A DNA stretch of 64,000 nucleotides from Candidatus Woesearchaeota archaeon (GTDB lineage: Archaea > Nanobdellota > Nanobdellia > Woesearchaeales > JAHWIC01), in contig JAHWIK010000015.1 in the NCBI GenBank assembly GCA_019322485.1, forward strand, positions 23,216-87,215. The letters run 5' to 3'. Both the position numbers and the translations under genes were made by a program. Below the pieces are notes generated by a model. It was not told the DNA's origin. It did no database searches and saw only the letters and a program-made list of their open reading frames with translations. The first letter of the stretch is position 1. Every line of letters starts with the position of its first letter. Positions 29,001 to 36,923 of the stretch are shown one piece after another.

Positions 29001-32000
29001 GTTTTGTGTGCTGTTGCAGCCAGTTGGTGAGCATGTATAGTTTTCCCGGCCAGGGCAGGCAGAATTGTTATAACAGCTGTAATCATTGCAGTCACCATCT
29101 TGCAGGTAGGTGTTTGCTCCAAAGTGGTATTGATATGATGCATTTGTCCATCCAGGGTTCTGCATCTGGCTGATGTAATAATCCTGGTCATTATCAAAAA
29201 CATCTGTACAGTTTCTTTCAATAATTAATTCACAGTTTTGTCCTGACGGGCCGATAGCTGTATCATTGCAGTCTTGGTCATATCTATAGCTGTCATAAGC
29301 AATAGCATACGGCCAGAATTGGTTTGGAGTGAGACCATATGCATAATAGATGCAGTCTATTCCGCCTGATAGGTTTTCCACTCTGTTTGAATCTAATAAA
29401 TAATCAGTTATGTTGTAGACATACCTGTCTAGGTCATTGTCAACTCCATCAGTGCACAATGATGCTGTTTCTGTTGTAGGGCATGCAGAGTCATTTGCAC
29501 AGTCATAATCATCACAATCATAGCCGCCAGAGGCGCTTGTCCTATTCCCGCCAGGATTGTATGCATTATCTAAGTCATTGTCATAACCATCTGTACAGTT
29601 TATCTCGTGGCCTAGCTCACATTTTCCAGGACCCATATCAACACCATCACAGTCTGCATCAGGGTAGTGGTTTCCATCATAGTTATATCTGCAGTCCATT
29701 CCACCGCCATACTGGTTGTTTGTTGCACTATATTGTGTTCCTGTCCAGCCGGTTATTGTATAATAATCAAGGTCATTATCCTTGTTGTCAGAACAGTTTG
29801 CTCCATCATTTTCCCAATAGTTTGTTACATTGCATGTTGATTGGCAGTCATACTCTCCATGTGCAATGTTGCTTCCACCTGCACCATATTGATAATTTGG
29901 GTTTGTTGTTGAGGCTCCTGTTGAGGTCGTATTGCAGTCAAGTTCCCCATCCTGGTCATTATCAAATCCATCTGAGCAGCTTGTTTCAAAGATTAATTGG
30001 CATGTTCCTGCTGGCAATACAGAACTATTGCAGTCTATATCATACTCTACCATCCTGCAGTCAGCTCCTGCTCCTGGCAAGCCCGAGTAAAAGTCTAGGT
30101 CATTGTCCTTTCCGTCAATGCATGTTATTCCTGACTCATTTATGGGACAGTTTGAATCATTGAAACAATCATATTCTCCATGAGGATAAGTTCCTCCACC
30201 AGAATAGGTTGACCTGGGGTTAGTTGGATTGCTTAAGTACTGGATTACCCCGCCTGTAAAGAATGCTGTTGTGTTGCAGTCAAATGCTCTGTCACGGTCA
30301 TTATCAAACAAGTCATTACATATTGTTTCTACCCCTAATTCGCATGTGCCATTGATTCCTCCAACATTATAGCTGAGCCAGCTTGAGTTTAGGATGTATG
30401 TGTTGTTGCAGTCAGTGTCCCATGTACCTGCATTATAATGGCAGTCTGTATCACCATCATCGTCATTGTCAAAGCCGTCTGTGCAGGAGTTATTTGTTGC
30501 AGCATATTTGCTTTCATTCTGGTAAGCGCATAAAGGATAGGTTCCGTCAGGGTTTGCCGATGTTGAACCAATATAAGCGTCGCAATCAATGTCAATACAG
30601 TCTGTTGTATAATCCAAGTCATTGTCATATGAGTCTGCACAAGATATATCATGTTCATCTCTTACGCCGTCATCTGAAATATTTATGTTAAATTTAAAGT
30701 CATATGCTGAACCATTAAATATCCTGTTCAAGACTAAGCCATACATTCCATAGAAGTTGTTTGTTGTATTCATCATTGCTTTTAGGACATTATCTAATGT
30801 GCTTTGGGTGTAAGGTGTTGGGTCAGAAGGAGGATTTGGGCCAGACTGGGCAATTATTGAGTTAGCACTTGTTGTTTTTCCGCTTAGACCGGTTGTTGCG
30901 GAGTAGTTTAATATCCAGAAATCACCAGGGTTTTCCTGCCATAATGATGTATTGAACTGCCACACCTTGAAATAAGCTGTATAGCCTGTTATTTGCGAGG
31001 TTTGATACAGCCTCATACTAAACAATGCTTCTGGCTGTATCTTGTATGTGTAAGTGACTGCTGTGTTCGATGCTGTTCCAGTGCATAAGTTTGGTGCGCA
31101 TGAAGCATCACAGGTTCCACCGTCTATGCATTGAAGTGACCCATCTAAATCACCTGGGTCATATGGCGGGTCATCTCTCCAGCCAGCTGCTGTTTTGTTG
31201 CAAGTCCATGCAGGAGTGCCCTGCTTGTTTGTATTAGAGCCCCCTACAATATAATATTCTCCGTAGACAATTGAAGCGCAGTCTGAATCCTCACAATCTA
31301 TTTTACCATCTCCATCATCATCTGCATTATTAGCACAGTGCGTCTCCACAACGTCAGGGGTATTCTTTTTCTTTATTGAGAAGTCAACGTCTTTTGCACC
31401 ATAATAATATGATGAGTCTGCGGGATTATAGAAAACACTTGAACAGGTGTTGTTTTCAAGGAAGTAGTTTGAGTTATCTACGCCGGCTGCACAGTTTGCT
31501 GCCCTGGTCACATAACCTACATACCATGCATAGTTGAGGGCAGCTTTACCCTCGTAGAAAGCAAGTTGCACTGTTCCGTTTAATCTTCTGCCAGATGTTA
31601 CAGGTATTGTGCATGTCCTGTGGCATTCTTCACCAACAGGGCATGTTGAATCCTCAGAGTTATTGACATTAGTCACTGTATTGCTTTGGCTTATTGTATA
31701 GGATATAGAGTAATTATTTCCTGCTGTGTTGGTAACTGTTTCTGCTCCATCTGCATAGTTCGAGTCCATGCAGGAGAAATTAGCTTTTAGGTTTTCGATT
31801 ATTCCTTCTCCGATTACTGTCAGATTTATTACTGAACCATCTTCGTAGAACACCCTTCTCCTGTAATTATTTGAGGTATCTGCCACTCTCAACAGGAAGA
31901 ATCCTACTGTTCCTGATGAGCTAGCTCCTCCTGTTATTTCTGTAATAGATGATAACTCTTTTCCATCAGGGATTATGAAGAAGTTTAGTGAACTGACAAG

Positions 32001-32063
32001 TAAGAGGATAATACAAAGTACTAATTTAATAATTTCAGATATCTTTTTTGTTTTATCTTTCAT
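26013..32063 (-). CDS. giant (2016 aa) cell-surface protein with ~14 MopE-like putative metal/Ca-binding repeats (C[ST]DGxDND[LQD]D...DC); N/T/S/D/G/Y-rich with many N-glycosylation sequons
   Basis: Uninterrupted 6051-nt ORF. N-terminal signal-anchor 'IIKLVLCIILLLVSSLNFFIIP'. Repeated motifs such as 'CTDGFDNDDDGDTDC', 'CSDGFDNDQDGELDC', 'CTDGYDNDLDN' and 'CANNADDDGDGKIDCEDSDC'. Almost no K/R/E in the mature region. Confidence 0.7.
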   Translation of the reverse strand: MKDKTKKISEIIKLVLCIILLLVSSLNFFIIPDGKELSSITEITGGASSSGTVGFFLLRVADTSNNYRRRVFYEDGSVINLTVIGEGIIENLKANFSCMDSNYADGAETVTNTAGNNYSISYTISQSNTVTNVNNSEDSTCPVGEECHRTCTIPVTSGRRLNGTVQLAFYEGKAALNYAWYVGYVTRAANCAAGVDNSNYFLENNTCSSVFYNPADSSYYYGAKDVDFSIKKKNTPDVVETHCANNADDDGDGKIDCEDSDCASIVYGEYYIVGGSNTNKQGTPAWTCNKTAAGWRDDPPYDPGDLDGSLQCIDGGTCDASCAPNLCTGTASNTAVTYTYKIQPEALFSMRLYQTSQITGYTAYFKVWQFNTSLWQENPGDFWILNYSATTGLSGKTTSANSIIAQSGPNPPSDPTPYTQSTLDNVLKAMMNTTNNFYGMYGLVLNRIFNGSAYDFKFNINISDDGVRDEHDISCADSYDNDLDYTTDCIDIDCDAYIGSTSANPDGTYPLCAYQNESKYAATNNSCTDGFDNDDDGDTDCHYNAGTWDTDCNNTYILNSSWLSYNVGGINGTCELGVETICNDLFDNDRDRAFDCNTTAFFTGGVIQYLSNPTNPRSTYSGGGTYPHGEYDCFNDSNCPINESGITCIDGKDNDLDFYSGLPGAGADCRMVEYDIDCNSSVLPAGTCQLIFETSCSDGFDNDQDGELDCNTTSTGASTTNPNYQYGAGGSNIAHGEYDCQSTCNVTNYWENDGANCSDNKDNDLDYYTITGWTGTQYSATNNQYGGGMDCRYNYDGNHYPDADCDGVDMGPGKCELGHEINCTDGYDNDLDNAYNPGGNRTSASGGYDCDDYDCANDSACPTTETASLCTDGVDNDLDRYVYNITDYLLDSNRVENLSGGIDCIYYAYGLTPNQFWPYAIAYDSYRYDQDCNDTAIGPSGQNCELIIERNCTDVFDNDQDYYISQMQNPGWTNASYQYHFGANTYLQDGDCNDYSCYNNSACPGRENYTCSPTGCNSTQNWCLDSIDNDLDNYLSDGINLSTAAGAGIDCAWNNYDSDCNNTYINDSGNIGLCTIRWEYNCSDGVDNDQDLGTYYVGESGSAHAGANTGEDCDDYNCYAVQESGLYVCTDDGSGLSIVEQTCNDTLDNDLDAYTWNGTEYETNDASGTDCGDPDCNGLLGPGDILCALFEEMYFDPFDDTLCGDYNSSGTTAYSMDNDGDNLANCYDTGCYHQGLCRVCPPEENVTLDSCMDGLNNEYEYQDEYISKTNYDPNEINASLNDGVYDCRDSDCDGIVGVWSTSQGICNSASAGTGYRTTESACTDSYDNDFDNSVDCEDSDCSSGASCLAPYTNSLAACTLKCSDAAAVSYIGGEPPDYSVNTNWGGGTPDLTYTEYHWRGKNLTFTFTDSATNVNGKTIQIYLGSASATYVPLDYEMNASNSGIYGTDSGNFNVQYSAQSGYHYQAVLIEYSGAYPNQILNLTFWITVPDNDTIVQNSSFSYYVSTSIGGVEQNADVTQYILETEPPQAPVFVKTTPADDDYTTSRLRMIKTDNTVTRLSASDTVYVRVNATDSGTWNSGVELCQFNDGTGWVNETSAYDCRYALTLSDGLNTIYARAVDGVGNIGPNTSLTIDVRTLPKQTTGFFCIDTNCSTSYPTKDYYVPTETLNVAVNFTSTYGFTANASGCVVYAEKNSPGSRISLGSVPLASTGMCNGTVSLSGLSEGYYTVEVELRDDNDTRTVSGELPWSNGNSKENIWVCDYTQTYNGYTCKDACEREEANRPSKVILKSPESGNTTTELRPTFTWYNATYNGSTTAKYEIEIDDSPIFTSLDYSRGNLSEGSNNETSHTLISDLELDKTYFWRVRAYHSIISGEWSDVWNFTLSSYIAINLTRDVVDFGVVIPGFSESTEDDSPLPLLLENVGNLIVNISINATDLFETVPNPNESYQFAIGVNESGSFTSATTTLTPMPSNSTPAIYNLNWEDASDTAEIDLNATVPLLEPSGQKNSTILVRTT

Positions 32064-32212
32064 TATTCTATTAACACCACTTTTACTTTTTTGTTAGCCC
32101 AGTGTTTAGGAACGTAGATTTGAGCACCGTTGCCGCTGTGTTTTGCGGTCTTCTCAATAACCTCATAACCTTCCATTTCCATTTGAATCGGCTTTCTCTT
32201 TAGGCGTTTCAT
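32063..32212 (-). CDS. DUF2080-like small protein, copy 1 (49 aa; MKRLKRKPIQMEMEGYEVIEKTAKHSGNGAQIYVPKHWANKKVKVVLIE); stop overlaps the giant gene's ATG (TAATG)
   Basis: Translated by hand from the minus strand; below the 60-aa cutoff of the ORF track. '...GNxAxIxVPKxWxxKxVKVxLxE' matches my recollection of the archaeal DUF2080 ('putative transposon-encoded') family. Confidence 0.5.
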   Translation of the reverse strand: MKRLKRKPIQMEMEGYEVIEKTAKHSGNGAQIYVPKHWANKKVKVVLIE

Positions 32213-32352
32213 TATTCTATTAACACCACCTTGACTTTTTTGTTAGCCCAGTGTTTAGGAACGTAGATTTGAGCACCGTTGCCGCTGTGTTTTGCAGTCT
32301 TCTCAACTACCTCATGCCCTTCTATTTTCATCTGAATTGGCTTACTTTTCAT
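32064..32352. repeat. tandem direct duplication (2 x ~145 bp, the first ~100 nt nearly identical) carrying the two DUF2080-like genes
   Basis: 'ttctattaacaccac(c)tt(t/g)acttttttgttagcccagtgtttaggaacgtagatttgagcaccgttgccgctgtgttttgc' occurs at 32066 and 32215. Confidence 0.8.
32212..32352 (-). CDS. DUF2080-like small protein, copy 2 (46 aa; MKSKPIQMKIEGHEVVEKTAKHSGNGAQIYVPKHWANKKVKVVLIE); stop overlaps the copy-1 ATG
   Basis: Tandem duplicate of copy 1; the 3' two-thirds are near-identical at nucleotide level and the N-terminal coding part has diverged. Confidence 0.5.
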   Translation of the reverse strand: MKSKPIQMKIEGHEVVEKTAKHSGNGAQIYVPKHWANKKVKVVLIE

Positions 32353-32388
32353 GTAGCTACAATGTAGCTACATCACTTTATAAAGATT
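32351..32388 (-). promoter_or_regulatory. putative promoter/operator of the DUF2080-giant-protein operon: TATA-like 'TTTATAAA' (32378-32385) plus duplicated palindrome 'ATGTAGCTAC-A-ATGTAGCTAC' (32351-32371) abutting the start codon
   Basis: The TATA-like element is ~29 nt upstream of the minus-strand ATG at 32352. GTAGCTAC is self-complementary and occurs twice in tandem. Confidence 0.4.
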
Positions 32389-32436
32389 TCGGTATTTTAG
32401 AAGATATTTTGAGAAAGAACGTCAGAAAGAAACTAT

Positions 32437-32715
32437 TTACTGAATATCCTCAATCCTAATTATATGATATCCAAACTGAGTCTTTACGGGGCCGACAATG
32501 TCTCCTTTCTTTGCATTGAAGCAGGCATTCTCAAACTCTTTTGCCATTTGACCTCTTTTAAACCATCCAAGATTTCCTCCCTTTTTTCTTGAAGGGCACA
32601 TTGATTTCTCTTTAGCAACCTCTGCAAAGTCCTTTCCATGAGTCACATCATAAGAAACAACAAGAGCTTCCTGCTCTGTTTTAACTAAGATATGCGATGC
32701 ATTGACTTTTTTCAT
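32437..32715 (-). CDS. parvulin-type peptidyl-prolyl cis-trans isomerase (Par10/PinA-like)
   Basis: 92 aa; 'ASHILVK...CPSRKKGGNLGWFKRGQMAKEFENACF...GYHIIRIE' parvulin signature. Confidence 0.75.
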   Translation of the reverse strand: MKKVNASHILVKTEQEALVVSYDVTHGKDFAEVAKEKSMCPSRKKGGNLGWFKRGQMAKEFENACFNAKKGDIVGPVKTQFGYHIIRIEDIQ

Positions 32716-32729
32716 AAAACACCCCTGAT

Positions 32730-33452
32730 TTATTCAACATAAACCTTTTCCTTTCCTAGATTCTTAAATGGAATCTCACCAAATCTGCAATTTCTGCAGG
32801 TTGCATCCAAATCAACCCAGTGGTCCATTGATTTATAGCTTTTCAGGGCATCTGGAAGATAAGCCTGGACATAAACATGCCTTGGAATGAAAACTAACCT
32901 TGTGTTTACACCAATTGCTTCTAAGAGAGTTGCTAATAGAACAGCAGCATCATCGCAGTCACCACCCTGAACAGAAAGAGATTCTTTGGCTGTCTTAACA
33001 TACTCAAACTCATTTGGGTCAGAGACATAATTGAAATTATCACGAATAAAATAATAGAGGGCTTTTGCATGGCATACGCGATTAGTAGGGCAGCCCATAA
33101 CTGAAACCCTGTCAGCAGTCTGCTTGATTAAAGGGTCTGTTGGGTCTATTAACTCCAAGAAATCGTATTTGTTGGTCACATTATGTTTTGTAAGGTTTAA
33201 TGAGAATTCTGGAACAACCTCGCTGATTGTTGGAATATAATTAGGTGCAGGATCAATCTTTATAGAATAAGAAGGAACCAGCCATAGCACAACTAATAAT
33301 AACAGAAATATTGCCATAATCCATTTTATAGGGCCTCTCCACCATGGCTCTTGCTCAATATCCTCATGAACTTCGTGTTCTTCTTCCATATTGATTGTTT
33401 TTTCTTCTATGTTTATATTGTTTTTGTTTGAGGAAAGCTTTATAAATCGCAT
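32730..33452 (-). CDS. membrane-anchored transglutaminase-like cysteine protease domain protein
   Basis: TM helix, then 'VQGGDCDDAAVLLATLLEAIGVNTRLV' (transglutaminase-core Cys motif) and downstream His/Asp. Confidence 0.55.
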   Translation of the reverse strand: MRFIKLSSNKNNINIEEKTINMEEEHEVHEDIEQEPWWRGPIKWIMAIFLLLLVVLWLVPSYSIKIDPAPNYIPTISEVVPEFSLNLTKHNVTNKYDFLELIDPTDPLIKQTADRVSVMGCPTNRVCHAKALYYFIRDNFNYVSDPNEFEYVKTAKESLSVQGGDCDDAAVLLATLLEAIGVNTRLVFIPRHVYVQAYLPDALKSYKSMDHWVDLDATCRNCRFGEIPFKNLGKEKVYVE

Positions 33453-33472
33453 AAAAATCCTGCGCTGGAAAA

Positions 33473-33925
33473 ATGGACTATGCTGAATCAGATAGGGAAC
33501 ATTTGGAGAGCACCTTAGCAGCTGCTACTTCGCCAGTATTAGCTTATTATAGAACTGGCTCAACAGTGAATGGCCAAGCTTTGCCTCACTCTGATATAGA
33601 TTATATTATAATAAATGACATGGATACACATACTCCTTATGGGCATGTTGCCCGTGTCTGGGACCCAAATGCTGCAAAGTTTGTTGATTTTGTTCATTTT
33701 ACAAGAAAGGACCTGGAGTCTCCATCAACAATACCAGATGAGCAGGGCAGAGATGGCAAAATTAAGTATTTGATGAGAGAATTAGTGCGTGAGAGGATAC
33801 TTCTTCATGGTGGAGATGCTTTTCTTGCTTTATTAAATGAAGGAGACCTAAAAAGAGTAGCAGAACAATTAGGGATAGATTCTAGTTCAATGGCAAGGCT
33901 GAAAAATGCAGTATCCTGGGAATAG
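33473..33925 (+). CDS. Pol-beta-superfamily nucleotidyltransferase domain protein (MNT-like)
   Basis: 'GSTVNGQALPHSDIDYIIIND' matches the GS...G...SDIDL nucleotidyltransferase motif. Confidence 0.5.
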   Translation: MDYAESDREHLESTLAAATSPVLAYYRTGSTVNGQALPHSDIDYIIINDMDTHTPYGHVARVWDPNAAKFVDFVHFTRKDLESPSTIPDEQGRDGKIKYLMRELVRERILLHGGDAFLALLNEGDLKRVAEQLGIDSSSMARLKNAVSWE

Positions 33926-33954
33926 GTTTTTCTTTTTATCCCGAAATTAAAACA

Positions 33955-33965
33955 ACCTTTATAAA
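33955..33965 (+). promoter_or_regulatory. TATA-box-like element upstream of dxs
   Basis: 'cctttataaac' ~35 nt upstream of the dxs ATG. Confidence 0.25.
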
Positions 33966-33996
33966 CAATAATTCTTAACTTTTTCTGGGGGAAATA

Positions 33997-35889
33997 ATGG
34001 TTAAAGAGGAGTTAGATAGAAGTCACTTTCTTGATTTAGTCAGTAGTCCGAAGGATTTGAGGCTGTTGAATAAGCAGCAGTTAGATATGCTTGCTGAGGA
34101 ATTAAGAAGGCTAATAATTGAAACTGTAAGCAAGACAGGCGGCCACTTAGCGTCCAGCCTTGGTGTTATTGAATTAACTATTGCTTTGCATTATGTTTTT
34201 GACTCACCAAATGACAAGATAGTATGGGATGTTGGACATCAGGCTTATGCACATAAGCTGTTAACAGGAAGAAAAAATAAGTTCCATACCTTAAGGCAGC
34301 ACAAGGGCATAGCTGGTTTTCCAAAATCAAAGGAGAGCCCTCACGATGCCTTTGATACTGGACACAGCTCAACAGCAATATCAGCAGCTTTAGGAATAGC
34401 AGCTGCTCGCGATTTAAAGCATGAAAAAAACAAGGTGATAGCTGTTATTGGAGACGGAGCTTTAACTGGCGGAATGTCTTTTGAAGCCTTAAATCATGCT
34501 GGCTCATTAAAGAAAGACCTCATAGTAATCCTTAATGATAATGAGATGTCAATAAGCAAGAATGTAGGTGCTTTATCCTCTTATCTTTCAAAGCTGGTAT
34601 CAAAGCCTGGTTATGTCGACAGAAGAAAGAAAGTAGAAAGGATTTTAAGGGGGATACCTGGCCTGAGAAGGCAGGCTGCTAAGGTTTTTGGAATCGAGGA
34701 TACAATAAGGGCTTTAGCAGCTACAACTCCTGGCCTGATATTCAGGGAGCTTGGTTTTAGGTATTTTGGACCTGTTGATGGCCATAATATCGAGCAGATG
34801 ATAAAAACATTAGAGAACATAGAACAGCTTAAAGGTCCTATATTGCTTCATGTCATAACAAAAAAAGGGAAAGGCTATAGCTATGCAGAAGCTGACAGGA
34901 CAAGGTTTCATGGCATTGCGCCATTCAACATAGAGAATGGTGAAAAGAAGCACAAGAGCAGCGTTACATACACAACAGCATTCTCAAGATGTTTGACAAA
35001 GCTTGCAAAGCAGGACAAAAGGGTAGTTGCAATAACAGCAGCAATGAAGCCTGGAACAGGATTAGACCAGTTTGCAGGAATGTTTCCAGACAGGTTATTT
35101 GACGTCGGCATAGCAGAGCAGCATGCAGTTACATTTGCAGCTGGCTTGGCTAAGAACGGCTATAAGCCGGTATGCGCGATTTATTCTACTTTCCTGCAAA
35201 GGGCTTATGACCAGATTGTGCACGATGTTTGTTTGCAGAACCTGCCTGTTGTCTTTGCAATTGATAGAGCTGGCTTGGTCGGAGAGGACGGACCAACACA
35301 TCATGGAAGTTTTGATTTATCTTATCTGAGGCATATACCAAACATGACTGTAATGGCTCCAAAGGACGAGAATGAACTGGGGCATATGCTAAAAACAGCT
35401 TTAGAGATTGACGGGCCGGTTGCAGTAAGATACCCAAGAGGTACGGGCTTGGGGGTTGCAATACAGAACCCATACCACCCAATAGAATTAGGAAAAGCAG
35501 AAGTAATGCAGAAAGGAAAAGATTTGGCAATATTAGCAGTTGGTTCTTGCGTTGATATGGCGAATAAGGCTGCTGAGAAACTGGGGAAGAATAAAATAAA
35601 TGCAACCGTTGTTAATGTAAGGTTTGTAAAGCCTCTGGACGAGAAACTAATACTGAACCTAGCAAAGAAACACAGGAAACTGATTACTATAGAGGAGAAT
35701 GCATTAGATGGCGGTTTTGGTTCTGGTGTGCTGGAATTGTTGGAGCAGTATAACACCAAGGCAACGGTAAAAAGAATTGGAATACCTGATAAATTTGTAG
35801 AGCACGGTTCAATGTCAATCTTAAGAGAAAAAATTGGATTAACTGAGGATAATATAGTGAAGGAAGCGAAGTCGTTGATGGCAAAATGA
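33997..35889 (+). CDS. dxs: 1-deoxy-D-xylulose-5-phosphate synthase
   Basis: Signature 'GGHLASSLGVIELTIALHYVFDSPNDKIVWDVGHQAYAHKLLTGR', ThDP-binding 'GDGALTGGMSFEALNHAG', 630 aa. Confidence 0.9.
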   Translation: MVKEELDRSHFLDLVSSPKDLRLLNKQQLDMLAEELRRLIIETVSKTGGHLASSLGVIELTIALHYVFDSPNDKIVWDVGHQAYAHKLLTGRKNKFHTLRQHKGIAGFPKSKESPHDAFDTGHSSTAISAALGIAAARDLKHEKNKVIAVIGDGALTGGMSFEALNHAGSLKKDLIVILNDNEMSISKNVGALSSYLSKLVSKPGYVDRRKKVERILRGIPGLRRQAAKVFGIEDTIRALAATTPGLIFRELGFRYFGPVDGHNIEQMIKTLENIEQLKGPILLHVITKKGKGYSYAEADRTRFHGIAPFNIENGEKKHKSSVTYTTAFSRCLTKLAKQDKRVVAITAAMKPGTGLDQFAGMFPDRLFDVGIAEQHAVTFAAGLAKNGYKPVCAIYSTFLQRAYDQIVHDVCLQNLPVVFAIDRAGLVGEDGPTHHGSFDLSYLRHIPNMTVMAPKDENELGHMLKTALEIDGPVAVRYPRGTGLGVAIQNPYHPIELGKAEVMQKGKDLAILAVGSCVDMANKAAEKLGKNKINATVVNVRFVKPLDEKLILNLAKKHRKLITIEENALDGGFGSGVLELLEQYNTKATVKRIGIPDKFVEHGSMSILREKIGLTEDNIVKEAKSLMAK

Positions 35890-36923
35890 GAAGCAAAACA
35901 AAAGAAATCAGGATTGGAAAACTGAAGATTGGCGGAGATAATCCTATTGCAATACAGTCAATGACTAATACTGATACAAAAGACGAGGAAGCAACAATAA
36001 AACAGATTCATGAGCTAGAGGAGAATGGCTGCGAGATAGTTAGGGTTTCTGTTCCTGACAAGGAATCGTTGCTTTCATTAAGAGCAATAAAAGAAAACAT
36101 AAGCATTCCATTGGTTGCTGATATTCATTTTGACCATAAATTAGCTGTAGAAGCTGCAAGGATTGCAGACAAGATAAGGATTAACCCAGGAAATATTGGG
36201 AAAGAGAACCTGAAAGAGGTTGTTGATGCTGTTATGGATTCAAATATTCCGATGAGGGTGGGGATTAACCTAGGTTCTTTGGAAAAAGACATTGAGAAGA
36301 AGTTTGGCCTTACTGCATTAGGTATGGTTGAGAGCGCAATGAGGTCTGTGAAAGAGATAGAAAGGCTTGGCTTCTACAATATGGTTATTTCATTAAAGGC
36401 TTCTGATGTGTTAAAGACAATAGAAGCTTACAGATTGTTTTCACAGAGGTCACAATACCCTTTACACGTCGGTATAACCGAGTCTGGGAGCAGTTTTACA
36501 GGAACTGTTAATTCATCAGTTGGAATTGGAGCTTTATTATTGCAGGGAATTGGAGATACAATCCGCGTTTCATTATCAGCTGAGCCTGTTGAAGAGGTTA
36601 AAGTTGGCTGGCAGATTCTGAAAGCACTTAGGCTTAGGAAGAGGGGGATTGACATAACAAGCTGCCCAACGTGCGCAAGAAAAGGCATAGATGTTATCAA
36701 TATTGTCAAGGAGCTTGAGCAAAGAACCTCAAAAATGAACAAGCCTTTGCATATTGCAGTTATGGGCTGCGGTGTTAATGGTCCAGGAGAAGCTAAAGAA
36801 GCTGATATTGGTGTTGTCGGCGGAAAAGGAAATGTTTTGCTTTACAAGAATGGAATGATGGTCGGCAATATTGAGGGAGATGTTCTTGAAAGGTTGATGA
36901 AGGAGATAGAGAATTCAAAATGA
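35886..36923 (+). CDS. ispG: 4-hydroxy-3-methylbut-2-en-1-yl diphosphate synthase (GcpE/IspG)
   Basis: 'IRIGKLKIGGDNPIAIQSMTNTDTKD' N-terminal TIM-barrel signature; C-terminal [4Fe-4S] ligands 'CPTCAR...MGCGVNGPGE'; start overlaps the dxs stop. Confidence 0.9.
   Translation: MRSKTKEIRIGKLKIGGDNPIAIQSMTNTDTKDEEATIKQIHELEENGCEIVRVSVPDKESLLSLRAIKENISIPLVADIHFDHKLAVEAARIADKIRINPGNIGKENLKEVVDAVMDSNIPMRVGINLGSLEKDIEKKFGLTALGMVESAMRSVKEIERLGFYNMVISLKASDVLKTIEAYRLFSQRSQYPLHVGITESGSSFTGTVNSSVGIGALLLQGIGDTIRVSLSAEPVEEVKVGWQILKALRLRKRGIDITSCPTCARKGIDVINIVKELEQRTSKMNKPLHIAVMGCGVNGPGEAKEADIGVVGGKGNVLLYKNGMMVGNIEGDVLERLMKEIENSK

Noticed and set aside
26275-30691. Numerous 60-230-aa ORFs (His/Cys/Leu-rich) on the plus strand inside the giant gene, e.g. 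28256..28948 and 29483..30163
   Set aside because: Fully nested antisense to a continuous 6-kb ORF with strong repeat structure. Their composition (H, C, L, Q) is the complement of the N/D/T/G-rich sense strand. Spurious.
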